Below are positions 54,980 to 64,000 of a stretch of 64,000 nucleotides of DNA, in pieces. This stretch comes from Bacteroidia bacterium. Its GTDB lineage: Bacteria > Bacteroidota > Bacteroidia > 2-12-FULL-35-15. Position 1 is the first letter of the stretch. Each line of letters starts with the position of its first letter. The notes below the pieces were generated by a model, which saw nothing but the letters and a program-made list of their open reading frames with translations, ran no database searches and was not told the DNA's origin. The translations under genes were made by a program, and so were the position numbers. The stretch lies in the NCBI GenBank assembly GCA_020051175.1, contig JAGVJJ010000040.1:22175-86174 (forward strand), read 5' to 3'.

Positions 54980-55996
54980 ATGAGCAGGGTAAAAACATTA
55001 GGACAATTTATTATTGAGAAGCAGGCGGATTTTCCATATTCAAAAGGGGAATTGTCACGTCTTTTACGTGATATCGGGATCGCAGCAAAGATTGTAAACC
55101 GCGAGGTAAATAAGGCCGGACTGGCTGATATATTGGGTGATGCTGGGGAGATGAACGTACAAGGCGAAAATGTTAAAAAGCTGGATGTGTTTGCAAATGA
55201 CCAGTTTATTGCTGCTCTTAGTGTGGGTGGGGAGTGCTGTGCCATTGCATCGGAAGAAAATGAGGACATTATTGTGGTAAATAATGAAATGTCTAAAAAT
55301 GCTAAATATGTTGTAGCCATTGATCCTTTGGACGGCTCATCCAATATTGATGTAAATGTTTCTATTGGAACGATATTTTCAATCTATCGCAGAACATCTC
55401 TTTCTGGCCCCGGACAAAAAGAAGATTTTTTTCAGCGCGGAACGGAACAAGTGGCTGCCGGTTATGTAATTTATGGTTCTTCCTGTATGATGGTATATAC
55501 CACTGGTAAAGGGGTGAATGGTTTTACATTAGACCCATCCATCGGAGAATTCTGCCTGTCGCACCCGAATATGCAAACACCAAAAGCAGCTAAAACATAT
55601 TCCATCAATGAAGGTAATTACGTACATTTTCCTGATGGGGTGAAAAAATACATTAAATACTGCCAGGAAGAGGACGATTCTACTAACCGTCCTTACTCTT
55701 CCCGTTACATAGGCTCTTTTGTTGCCGATTTTCACCGGAATCTGATTACTGGTGGAATTTATATTTATCCAACCACTTTTAAATCCCCGAAAGGGAAATT
55801 ACGTCTTCTGTATGAAGCGAATCCATTGGCCTTTCTTGTAGAACAGGCTGGAGGTAAAGCCACAGATGGTTACCACCGTATATTGGATATGGACATTGTG
55901 GAGCTGCACCAGCGGACCCCTTTGTTTATAGGCTCTGCCGATATGGTGGACACGGCATGTTCTTATATGCTGAAATATTCGACAGTAGATGCTTAA
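54980..55996 (+). CDS. fbp: class 1 fructose-1,6-bisphosphatase
   Basis: 338 aa. [10 protein letters not shown] metal-binding motif. [11 protein letters not shown]. Confidence 0.9.
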   Translation: MSRVKTLGQFIIEKQADFPYSKGELSRLLRDIGIAAKIVNREVNKAGLADILGDAGEMNVQGENVKKLDVFANDQFIAALSVGGECCAIASEENEDIIVVNNEMSKNAKYVVAIDPLDGSSNIDVNVSIGTIFSIYRRTSLSGPGQKEDFFQRGTEQVAAGYVIYGSSCMMVYTTGKGVNGFTLDPSIGEFCLSHPNMQTPKAAKTYSINEGNYVHFPDGVKKYIKYCQEEDDSTNRPYSSRYIGSFVADFHRNLITGGIYIYPTTFKSPKGKLRLLYEANPLAFLVEQAGGKATDGYHRILDMDIVELHQRTPLFIGSADMVDTACSYMLKYSTVDA

Positions 55997-56000
55997 TTAG

Positions 56001-56092
56001 TTCAACGAATTGCGAATGGTCACGAATAACGAATGTGAATAACACTCGTTTCGTGGTTAGTTCGTTATTCGTATAAATTCGTTATTCGTAGT
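56001..56092. repeat. AT-rich intergenic block with repeated TTCGTTATTCGTA / ACGAATAACGAA units and a CGAATTGCGAA unit; related block at 62385-62428
   Basis: TTCGTTATTCGTA occurs twice (56060-56072 and 56078-56090), with an inverted copy CACGAATAACGAA at 56021-56033. The region 62391-62423 contains ATTCGCAAATTCG plus TTCGTTATCCGTA. Confidence 0.35.
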
Positions 56093-57283
56093 ATGAAGAC
56101 CGTAGACAATTACAATTTCAAAGGAAAAAAAGCACTTATCCGCGTTGATTTCAACGTACCATTAGATAAGGAATACAACATAACAGACGATACCCGCATC
56201 CGTGCGGCAATTCCAACCATCAATAAAGTTATTGCTGATGGCGGTGCCGTTGTATTGATGTCGCACCTTGGCAGGCCAAGGGACGTGCCGGAAGAAAAAT
56301 ATTCTTTAAAACACATCGTAAATCATTTAAGCAAATCTCTTGGAAGACCAGTAGCGTTTGCCGAAGATTGTATAGGTGAAAAGGCAAAGTCCTTGTCCAA
56401 AGCTTTAAAGCCAGGAGAAGTATTGCTCTTAGAGAACCTGCGCTTTTACAAGCAGGAAACAGCCGGTACTGAGTCTTTTGCGAAGGAGCTGGCTGCATTA
56501 GGTGATGTATACGTGAACGATGCATTTGGTACGGCACACCGTGCGCATGCGTCTACAGCAGTGATTGCGCAGTTTTTTCCGGGTGATAAAGTGTTTGGGT
56601 ATGTAATGGCCAATGAGCTTGCCAGCATCAACAAGGTGCTTACAAAAGCCGACAGGCCATTTACGGCAATATTGGGAGGGGCAAAGGTGTCGGGTAAAAT
56701 CCTTATCATTGATAAGCTGATGGACAAAATCGACAACCTGATTATTGGTGGCGGTATGGCTTATACATTTATTAAGGCCCAGGGCGGTAAAGTTGGAAGC
56801 TCCCTTGTGGAAGACGATAAGCTGGATGTGGCTTTGAAAGTACTAAGCGATGCAAAAGCAAAAGGGGTTAATATATATATTCCGGTTGATACTGTTGCTG
56901 CCAGCGCTTTTGCGAATGACGCAGATAAAACAACAGTAGATATAAAAAACATTCCCGATGGCTATATGGGCCTGGATATAGGGCCTTCCACAGAAGCGCA
57001 GTTTGCCAAAGTAATCGCGGATTCCAAAACAATATTATGGAATGGGCCTATGGGTGTGTTTGAGATGAGTAATTTTGAGCATGGTACCAAAGCGGCATCT
57101 GATGCGATTGTTGAGGCAACCAAAAAGGGCGCTTATTCCTTAATCGGAGGCGGAGATTCTGTTGCAGCTATCAATAAATACAATCTTGCAAATGAGGTAA
57201 GTTATGTTTCAACCGGTGGTGGAGCCCTGCTGGAGTATATCGAAAGCGGAAGCCTGCCTGGTGTTGAAGCTGTGGAGAAATAA
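56093..57283 (+). CDS. pgk: phosphoglycerate kinase
   Basis: RVDFNVP, MSHLGRP and GGGMAYTF motifs. Confidence 0.95.
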   Translation: MKTVDNYNFKGKKALIRVDFNVPLDKEYNITDDTRIRAAIPTINKVIADGGAVVLMSHLGRPRDVPEEKYSLKHIVNHLSKSLGRPVAFAEDCIGEKAKSLSKALKPGEVLLLENLRFYKQETAGTESFAKELAALGDVYVNDAFGTAHRAHASTAVIAQFFPGDKVFGYVMANELASINKVLTKADRPFTAILGGAKVSGKILIIDKLMDKIDNLIIGGGMAYTFIKAQGGKVGSSLVEDDKLDVALKVLSDAKAKGVNIYIPVDTVAASAFANDADKTTVDIKNIPDGYMGLDIGPSTEAQFAKVIADSKTILWNGPMGVFEMSNFEHGTKAASDAIVEATKKGAYSLIGGGDSVAAINKYNLANEVSYVSTGGGALLEYIESGSLPGVEAVEK

Positions 57284-57308
57284 TTTTGAAGCTTTTTCAA
57301 GCCGCATA

Positions 57309-58901
57309 TTAATACACAACAATTTTTTTTGTAAGAACACCGTCTTCGGAAATGAGCTGTAAAAGGTATATCCCTTTTCCATACTTTTCGAGCTCAACTT
57401 GCATGTCAGTGCCAGCCATGATTTTAGTTGATTCACTGTATAGTGTTTGTCCGGAGCTATTTCTTACCTTTATATACAAAAGGGGTGATTTATTTTTTAC
57501 GTCTATTATAATTGTTCCCCGGGTCGGATTTGGGAATACCTGAACCACTTCGCTATCCTGACCTTTTGAGGTAATTGAAGTGCTTGCTTTGAATGCCAGC
57601 GTCCATTTGCATATTTTCCCTACATCACCTGTTTCATTATCCACTACCCTTAATTTCCAGGTTCCATTAGGGTTTTGCCCTGTATGGAATGCCGCCAATC
57701 CTGTTGGATTTTCAGTATGATAAAAACCATCGTGTATACCACCCGTATTAATGGTGGCAATATTGATGGAGGCGGAATCCGTAAATGTTGCATTTTCAAT
57801 ATTGCTGGTACCTCCGCCATTACTGGCAGATACAAGTATGCTGTCGTTGTTGGGGGATATTAAATAAATGCTCAGGTCGGAAATCCAGCTGTGACTGATG
57901 CTGTCAATCCTCAAATAATCCAGCGAAAGGCTTGTTCCGTCTAGGTTGGGCAGCCCGCAGAATACAAGCGGGGAGTAAACCCCGGCATTGGAGTTGTCGG
58001 GAATTGAAACTGTTTCAAGGGAAGACTTTACCATTGCACCGCTGGCAATATGCTCTGTATGCTGTGTTAGTGTATCATTGTAAGGGTCATCGTCATTTAG
58101 AAGGCTGGTGTAAGCTCTGATAGTGTAGTTCCCTGCGGATGATAAATTAGCAGCGTTTGTAAATGTGTAAAGCAATGTATTTCCCGGAGGGATAGCGGTT
58201 GCAATACTTTCCGCAACAGGTACCGAACCATTGATTAAATAGTTTACAGCAAAATTGCTGATAGTATCCACACCACTGTTTTTAATGACTACCGAAACAG
58301 GTTCAGCAGCTCCAAGGGCACATCCGGAAGCTGGAACGGACAATGTGAGCAGTTGTGCGTCATTAAGAACGGGTTTAGCAATACGAATATTATCAACGTA
58401 CAGCTTGTACCTGTCGGCAGGGGAGTAGCAGTTAAAAGCAAAGTAATACGTTGCTGTGCTGTCGGCAATAAAGGTTGCTGTGCGTTGGGTGTAAACAGTA
58501 TTGGTAAGGTTATTATTGTTATAAAGTACCATTGTTTGTGAGGCAACTAAAGGTGCTGTTCCCACTGTAACTTTTAGCGCTTCGGCAAGGTTGGCAAGGC
58601 CCACACGCTGCTGAAATGTGATGGTAACCGAATCTGCCGAATCAAGGGCTATGGCTGGGCTAAAGGCCCATGCTGCAGCCGCGGCAGAACTGGTAAAAGT
58701 ATAAACCATTGATTGCGTGCCGGAGGCCGCATAGGAAGCTGTAGTGTTTTGTGCCCAGATATTCCCTGCCCCATTGTTAAGCACCGTCCAGCCCACAGGA
58801 GGAAAAGTGCTCCCTTCAAAACCTTCATAAACCAGTACCTGCGACATAAGGCAGTGATTAAAGGTGGCAAAGAGCAATAATAGCAGCAGTTTTCTTTTCA
58901 T
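57309..58901 (-). CDS. T9SS-secreted protein with a proprotein-convertase P-domain and a T9SS C-terminal sorting domain
   Basis: Signal peptide. P-domain-like GTWKLRVVDNETGDVGKICKWTLAF. C-terminal VVQVFPNPTRGTIIID...GIYLLQLIS. Confidence 0.7.
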   Translation of the reverse strand: MKRKLLLLLLFATFNHCLMSQVLVYEGFEGSTFPPVGWTVLNNGAGNIWAQNTTASYAASGTQSMVYTFTSSAAAAAWAFSPAIALDSADSVTITFQQRVGLANLAEALKVTVGTAPLVASQTMVLYNNNNLTNTVYTQRTATFIADSTATYYFAFNCYSPADRYKLYVDNIRIAKPVLNDAQLLTLSVPASGCALGAAEPVSVVIKNSGVDTISNFAVNYLINGSVPVAESIATAIPPGNTLLYTFTNAANLSSAGNYTIRAYTSLLNDDDPYNDTLTQHTEHIASGAMVKSSLETVSIPDNSNAGVYSPLVFCGLPNLDGTSLSLDYLRIDSISHSWISDLSIYLISPNNDSILVSASNGGGTSNIENATFTDSASINIATINTGGIHDGFYHTENPTGLAAFHTGQNPNGTWKLRVVDNETGDVGKICKWTLAFKASTSITSKGQDSEVVQVFPNPTRGTIIIDVKNKSPLLYIKVRNSSGQTLYSESTKIMAGTDMQVELEKYGKGIYLLQLISEDGVLTKKIVVY

Positions 58902-58989
58902 GGTTAAAACATTGCGAAAGCATTACAAATGTAGCAGATTGTCGGGTTAAATTTAAAATCTAAATTGTAAAAATTCTATCTTTACAATC

Positions 58990-60138
58990 ATGATTAAACT
59001 ATTGACAATTATTGGTGCCCGTCCGCAGATTATTAAGGCGGCTGCATTGAGCAGGGCAATCAAAAATAAGTTTCAAAAGGCGATACAGGAGGTAATAGTT
59101 CATACAGGGCAGCATTACGATGAAAACATGTCGCAGGTGTTTTTCGATGAGCTGCAGATCCCATCTCCGGATTATAACCTGAATACAGGTTCCGGTAGTC
59201 ACGGGAAGCAAACAGCATCCATGATTACTGGCATTGAAGAAATATTGCTGAAGGAAAAACCCAATGCCATTGTGTTGTATGGCGATACTAACTCAACCCT
59301 GGCAGGGGCTATAGCGGCTTCCAAAATACAGGTTCCTGTAATACATATTGAGGCCGGGCTGCGTTCGTATAATAAATCCATGCCGGAGGAAATCAACCGT
59401 ATCATGTGTGATCACGTGTCGACACTGCTGTTTTCACCTACTAAAGCCGGGTATGAGAACCTGTTGAAAGAAGGGTTTAAAAGCAATAACCATGCCCCTT
59501 ATAGTTTCGATAACCCGAAGATATATCATTGCGGGGATGTTATGTACGACAATAGTCTCCACTTCTCTGAAGTTGCCGAAGAGAAGACAACTGTTTTAAA
59601 GCACAACAATTTGAAAGCTGGTGGATTTATTCTTGCCACCATTCACCGCAATAACAATACAGACGAACCTTTGCGCCTGAATGCTTTGTTCCGCGCACTG
59701 AATGCTATTGCAACGGAGAATAAAACAAAAATTGTGCTGCCGCTGCATCCGCGTACCGCAAAACTCTTACCTGTAAACCTGGACCCTGAGCTTTACACGC
59801 AGGTGCAGGCAAACGGATACATACAGATCATACCACCAGTTTCATTCCTGGAAATTATTGCATTGGAAAAAAATGCATCAATGGTAATCACCGATTCCGG
59901 TGGAGTTCAGAAGGAAGCGTTTTTCTTTCAAAAACCATGTATTATCCTGCGTTCTGAAACCGAGTGGGTTGAGCTGGTAGAATGCGGCTCAGCGCGCATA
60001 ACGGATGCGGATGAAATAAAAATAAAAGAAGCGTACAAACATTTTTCTTCTGCAAAAAGCCTTAATTTTCCCCGGTTATTTGGTGATGGTAGGGCCGCAG
60101 AATTTATATGCGGTGAAGTTCTGAAATACATAAACTAA
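58990..60138 (+). CDS. wecB: UDP-N-acetylglucosamine 2-epimerase (non-hydrolysing)
   Basis: MIKLLTIIGARPQIIKAA...HTGQHYD...MSQVFF is the canonical WecB N-terminus. Confidence 0.9.
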   Translation: MIKLLTIIGARPQIIKAAALSRAIKNKFQKAIQEVIVHTGQHYDENMSQVFFDELQIPSPDYNLNTGSGSHGKQTASMITGIEEILLKEKPNAIVLYGDTNSTLAGAIAASKIQVPVIHIEAGLRSYNKSMPEEINRIMCDHVSTLLFSPTKAGYENLLKEGFKSNNHAPYSFDNPKIYHCGDVMYDNSLHFSEVAEEKTTVLKHNNLKAGGFILATIHRNNNTDEPLRLNALFRALNAIATENKTKIVLPLHPRTAKLLPVNLDPELYTQVQANGYIQIIPPVSFLEIIALEKNASMVITDSGGVQKEAFFFQKPCIILRSETEWVELVECGSARITDADEIKIKEAYKHFSSAKSLNFPRLFGDGRAAEFICGEVLKYIN

Positions 60139-60151
60139 TTATCAATTATTT

Positions 60152-61456
60152 GTGCTGCTCATTTATACACATAAAATAACACACAGGGTAAAGTACATTC
60201 TGAATCTTGTATTCACGGATGTGTTAGGGGTGGCATTTGAGCTGACTACAGATACAGAAGTGTTTAAGCGTTACAATGGTCCTAAGCTAAGTTATACACT
60301 TAACCCGGTATGCGATGAGCTATTCTTCACCTCGCGCGGACTGTTGTTTGAACACGGAATAACCGAGCAGAATATTTCAGTGTTCGATTTTAAAAATGTG
60401 AAGGTTTTCTTTGCAACCGGCAAAGCGTCCGCTCTTCCGTTTGATGTATTTGCAGCAAGTTTTTATCTGGTTACGCGTTATGAAGAATATTTGCCGCATA
60501 TACGTGATGAACACGATCGTTTCATTGCAGAAGACAGCCTTGCGTTTACAAACGGGTTCCTGCATAAGCCCGTGGTGAATATCTGGATTATGTGGATCAA
60601 GGAACTGCTGCAAAATAAATATCCACAGCTCGTACTCCCGGAAAGGAAGTACGAATTTATTTCAACAATTGATATTGACAACGCATACGCATACCGTGAA
60701 AAAGGATTTACACGAAGTGTGGGTGGTTATTTAAAATCGTTATCGAAACTGAGCATGTCCGAAATGGCGGAGCGCACAAAGGTGTTGCTTGGCATAAAAA
60801 AGGATCCGTATGATACGTACGCCTTCCAGTTAGAAATGATTAAAAAGCACAAGCTGAAAGCGATTTATTTTTTTCTGCTTGGCGATTACGGTGTAAATGA
60901 TAAGAATTTACCAATTGAAAGTAAAAAGTTCCAGTCGCTGATAAAAATGCTTGGAGACTATGCACAGGTGGGAATCCACCCGTCCTACGGCTCCAATTCA
61001 AGCAAAGAGCAGCTGAAGAAAGAGGTAGAACGCCTTGCAAAGGTGCTTCACCGGGACGTTACAAAGAGTCGCCAGCATTTTTTAAAACTAACATTGCCTG
61101 AAACATACCGGAATCTGATCGATTTGGACATAACAGATGATTACACCATGGGGTTTGCCTCCCAGGTAGGCTTCCGGGCAAGTATCTGTTCCTCATTTAA
61201 TTTTTATGATTTGGATATGGAGCTGGAAACAAAACTGAAGGTACATCCTTTTGCAGTGATGGAAGGGACCTTGAAATATTATATGAATGTGTATCCTGAA
61301 GATGCGATGGAAAAAATAAAACCCCTGGTTGATGAAGTGAGGGCTGTAAGCGGTCAATTTATAAGCCTTTGGCACAATGATACGCTGAATGATCAGAAGC
61401 TATGGGCAGGATGGAAGGAAGTGTATGAAGAAATGGTAAATTATGCGAAAGAGTGA
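60152..61456 (+). CDS. putative polysaccharide deacetylase-like protein
   Basis: 434 aa. STIDIDNAYAY and HPSYGSN motifs resemble a NodB/deacetylase-like fold. Genomic context with wecB. Confidence 0.4.
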   Translation: MLLIYTHKITHRVKYILNLVFTDVLGVAFELTTDTEVFKRYNGPKLSYTLNPVCDELFFTSRGLLFEHGITEQNISVFDFKNVKVFFATGKASALPFDVFAASFYLVTRYEEYLPHIRDEHDRFIAEDSLAFTNGFLHKPVVNIWIMWIKELLQNKYPQLVLPERKYEFISTIDIDNAYAYREKGFTRSVGGYLKSLSKLSMSEMAERTKVLLGIKKDPYDTYAFQLEMIKKHKLKAIYFFLLGDYGVNDKNLPIESKKFQSLIKMLGDYAQVGIHPSYGSNSSKEQLKKEVERLAKVLHRDVTKSRQHFLKLTLPETYRNLIDLDITDDYTMGFASQVGFRASICSSFNFYDLDMELETKLKVHPFAVMEGTLKYYMNVYPEDAMEKIKPLVDEVRAVSGQFISLWHNDTLNDQKLWAGWKEVYEEMVNYAKE

Positions 61457-61469
61457 TTTTTTATAAGCG

Positions 61470-62363
61470 ATGATCAAACAGTTGATTTTAAAATATAGTC
61501 CGGAATTCCTTTTGGAGTGGGCAAAGGCGCTGAAGAAAAATCAGCGCAGAAAACAATTGCAGGAGCAGGAGAAGAGGAGAAGCGGTATTTCTAAAGAAAG
61601 ACTGGTTAGCGACCTGATGAAAATCGGGATAAAAAAAGACGATTCCGTTTTGATTCACAGCAGCCTTAGTAAAATAGGCTTTGTGGAAGGGGGAGCCAGA
61701 ACAGTTGTGGATGCCTTATTTGAAACCGTAGGGGCTGGTGGAACATTGCTTTTTCCAACTTTTCCAGCGGCAGGCAGAAACAAGACGCATCTGGAAGAAC
61801 ATCCTTATTTTGATATCAGGAATACGCCTTCTCAAATGGGTAGTATTACCGAGTATTTCAGGAAGCTGGACGGTGTATTCAGAAGTTTTCACCCGACAGA
61901 TTCGGTGTGTGCTAAAGGTCCGCTGGCGGAGTATTATACCAATACACACTATGGACAGTTAACGCCTTATAACGAATTTTCACCCTTTCGGAAATTATGT
62001 GAAAAGGGCGGAAAAATATTAATGCTTGGAACAACGCTGAATGGAGCTTGTGTAAACCTGCATACGCTTGAAGACGCTGTTGACTTTAAGCATCCGGTAT
62101 ATGATGAAAAAATATTTGATATAAAAATGATTGATGCAGAGGGTAGGGAAACGATGATGAGAACAAAGGTTCATAACCCCGAATGCTCTGCAAAGCGAAA
62201 CTGTGATGCGTTGAAGCCGGAATTTTTAAAACAGGGGGTGTTGGTGGATGGTATGATAGGTGAAGCAAAATCAATGCTCATAGATGCAGATAAAATGCTT
62301 AAGGTGATGATAAAAAATTACAATGAAAGAGGCATTTGCATGTATGCTCCTTATGGTGAGTGA
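61470..62363 (+). CDS. AAC(3) family N-acetyltransferase (Antibiotic_NAT fold)
   Basis: VLIHSSLSKIGFVEGGARTVVDALFETVGAGGTLLFPTF matches the AAC(3) signature. Confidence 0.7.
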   Translation: MIKQLILKYSPEFLLEWAKALKKNQRRKQLQEQEKRRSGISKERLVSDLMKIGIKKDDSVLIHSSLSKIGFVEGGARTVVDALFETVGAGGTLLFPTFPAAGRNKTHLEEHPYFDIRNTPSQMGSITEYFRKLDGVFRSFHPTDSVCAKGPLAEYYTNTHYGQLTPYNEFSPFRKLCEKGGKILMLGTTLNGACVNLHTLEDAVDFKHPVYDEKIFDIKMIDAEGRETMMRTKVHNPECSAKRNCDALKPEFLKQGVLVDGMIGEAKSMLIDADKMLKVMIKNYNERGICMYAPYGE

Positions 62364-62428
62364 TACATGAATTGTCAGTAAAAATACCCAGATTCGCAAA
62401 TTCGTAATCATTCGTTATCCGTAACCTT

Positions 62429-63421
62429 ATGAATATTTACATTACACTCGACTATGAGATATACTTTGGTGAAAACCACGGTACTGTGGAGAAGTGTATT
62501 ATCTATCCCACCGCAGAGCTCATAAGGATTGCAGAGGAGCACAATGTGAGGTTTTGTTTTTTTGTTGACTGTGGTTTTATCTTAAAGCTGAACGAATACC
62601 GGAAGAAATTCCCACAGCTTGAAAATGATTATGCGGCCATTACAGAGCAGGTAAAATACCTTTCGCAAACAGGACATGATATTCAGCTGCATATACATCC
62701 GCACTGGGAAGACAGCTACTATAACGGTGAACGATGGGTGATTGATGTAAACCGCTATAAGTTGTCCGATTTCAATGAAGCGGAAATAGATGATATTGTT
62801 TCGAGGTATAAGCATGTGCTTACTGAGCTGACAGGTAAGACTGTTTTTGCTTACCGTGCCGGTGGTTGGTGCATGCAGCCTTTTTCAAAGCTCAGGCGGG
62901 CTTTTATAAAGCATGGTGTTTGGCTGGATAGCAGTGTGTTCCGGAATGGTTTTTATGTTTCGAATAATTACGAATATGATTTTCGTGGCGCTCCTGACAA
63001 AGCCATTTATAGATTTGACTCCGATCCGGTAAAAGAGGATGCATCGGGTATGTTTACTGAATTACCTATCAGTCCGATCCGGAATTCTCCTTTATTTTTC
63101 TGGAAGCTGTTTTTGCTGGGCCGCAAAAATCCTTATTTACATAAGCCTTTGGGTGATGGAAGAGCAATGCCAGCGCCTGGATACCGCAAAAAGCTGTTAA
63201 CCAGGTTTACCAATAATCCTGTTTCTGTAGATGGTTACAATGCCAGCTTGCTGAATAAATCGTTAAGACAATTGCAGATAAAGGAATTTGAGCACATGGT
63301 TGTCATCGGTCATCCAAAGGCTTTGTCGAGATATTCCATCGAACAGCTGGAAGCATTTGTTGCACAAAACCGTGAAAAGCATAACTTTACTACGTATTCA
63401 AAGCAATTTTTAAAGTCGTAA
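62429..63421 (+). CDS. putative polysaccharide deacetylase family protein
   Basis: MNIYITLDYEIYFG...HIHPHWED. TIM-barrel deacetylase-like pattern. Low-specificity call. Confidence 0.4.
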   Translation: MNIYITLDYEIYFGENHGTVEKCIIYPTAELIRIAEEHNVRFCFFVDCGFILKLNEYRKKFPQLENDYAAITEQVKYLSQTGHDIQLHIHPHWEDSYYNGERWVIDVNRYKLSDFNEAEIDDIVSRYKHVLTELTGKTVFAYRAGGWCMQPFSKLRRAFIKHGVWLDSSVFRNGFYVSNNYEYDFRGAPDKAIYRFDSDPVKEDASGMFTELPISPIRNSPLFFWKLFLLGRKNPYLHKPLGDGRAMPAPGYRKKLLTRFTNNPVSVDGYNASLLNKSLRQLQIKEFEHMVVIGHPKALSRYSIEQLEAFVAQNREKHNFTTYSKQFLKS

Positions 63422-63422
63422 A

Positions 63423-64000
63423 ATGATAATAGTAACAGGTATTACAGGTGGTATCGGTAATTATTTGTATCGATCGTACTGCCAGACGAAGGAAAATGTA
63501 ATTGGTACTTACTACCTGAATAAACCTGAAGATGCCCTGGACAACATCTACCAACTGGATATTACCGATAATGCACAGGTAGAGCAGTTTGCAAAGGATG
63601 TGGTTGCAGAACACAAAAATATTACCCTTATCAATTGTGCAGGTATTACATACAATTCATTTGCGCATACTGCTGATGTAAATGAGTGGACACAGGTGAT
63701 CAATGTGAACCTTAACGGAACATATTATGTTATACGAGCCTTGTTGCCACTGATGCGGGCCCAGAATTTTGGAAGGATCATTAACCTGTCGTCAGTGGTA
63801 GCGCAAACAGGTGTTATGGGAACCAGCGCTTACGCTGCTTCAAAAGCAGGCATCAATGGTATGATTAAGAGTATTGCCGTTGAAAATGCACAAAAGGGGA
63901 TTACCATCAACAACATTAATCTGGGCTATTTCAAAGTGGGTATGATAAACACGATTCCCCAGGAGCTTCAGGAAAAAATTAAGGAAAAAATAGCTGTGAA
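63423..64000 (+). CDS. SDR family oxidoreductase; 3' end runs off the window
   Basis: TGITGGIGNYL (TGxxxGxG). NLSS...Y...K catalytic tetrad context (SAYAASKAG). Confidence 0.8.
   Translation, partial: MIIVTGITGGIGNYLYRSYCQTKENVIGTYYLNKPEDALDNIYQLDITDNAQVEQFAKDVVAEHKNITLINCAGITYNSFAHTADVNEWTQVINVNLNGTYYVIRALLPLMRAQNFGRIINLSSVVAQTGVMGTSAYAASKAGINGMIKSIAVENAQKGITINNINLGYFKVGMINTIPQELQEKIKEKIAV

Noticed and set aside
61470-62363. AAC(3) homolog as an acquired antibiotic-resistance gene
   Set aside because: It is embedded co-directionally in a conserved-looking polysaccharide cluster, has no flanking mobile-element signatures, and shows no compositional anomaly. A housekeeping amino-sugar N-acetyltransferase is more likely. 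Kept as a low-priority finding, not a resistance call.
1-64000. CRISPR arrays, rRNA genes, IS transposases, integrases
   Set aside because: I searched by eye for regularly spaced direct repeats and for transposase or integrase-like ORFs and found none. The only tandem repeats are the coding KAAKP array and the short intergenic TTCGTTATTCGTA units.

Overview
This 64-kb chromosomal window is from a Bacteroidota genome, Chitinophagia/Sphingobacteriia-like, about 42-45% GC. The phylum call rests on several features: five proteins with T9SS (type IX secretion system) C-terminal sorting domains, a fused MurF-alanine racemase gene, a TPR-containing LytS-type kinase with a LytTR regulator, and TAnnTTTG -7 promoter boxes. 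Housekeeping genes form the backbone: panD, rfaE-like, radA, ileS, apbC/mrp, tdk, rsmI, corA, mscL, hemJ, aspartate kinase, fbp, pgk, wecB. Between them sit accessory functions: T9SS cargo proteins, two two-component systems, a five-gene lipid-linked glycosylation operon, and an amino-sugar tailoring cluster (wecB, deacetylase-like, AAC(3)-like, SDR). No rRNA genes or CRISPR arrays are present. One tRNA gene, tRNA-Ala(GGC), is present. The most unusual observations follow. (1) The essential ileS gene carries three in-frame insertions of a palindromic TIR-bounded (terminal-inverted-repeat) miniature element; one full copy encodes a DUF559 (Vsr-like endonuclease fold) domain and two are solo palindromes. 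(2) A small GIY-YIG nuclease ORF sits between the complete tRNA-Ala gene and a partial duplicate of the tRNA 3' two-thirds that has an aberrant 8-nt anticodon loop. (3) A likely frameshifted T9SS gene encodes a TolB-like propeller plus a C39-like peptidase. (4) A 3'-terminal fragment of a restriction-modification N6-adenine methyltransferase pseudogene lies next to Bro-N and DUF4268 genes. (5) A DksA/TraR-like protein is fused to a histone-H1-like KAAKP repeat tail. (6) A terminator hairpin is duplicated almost exactly at two loci 29 kb apart.
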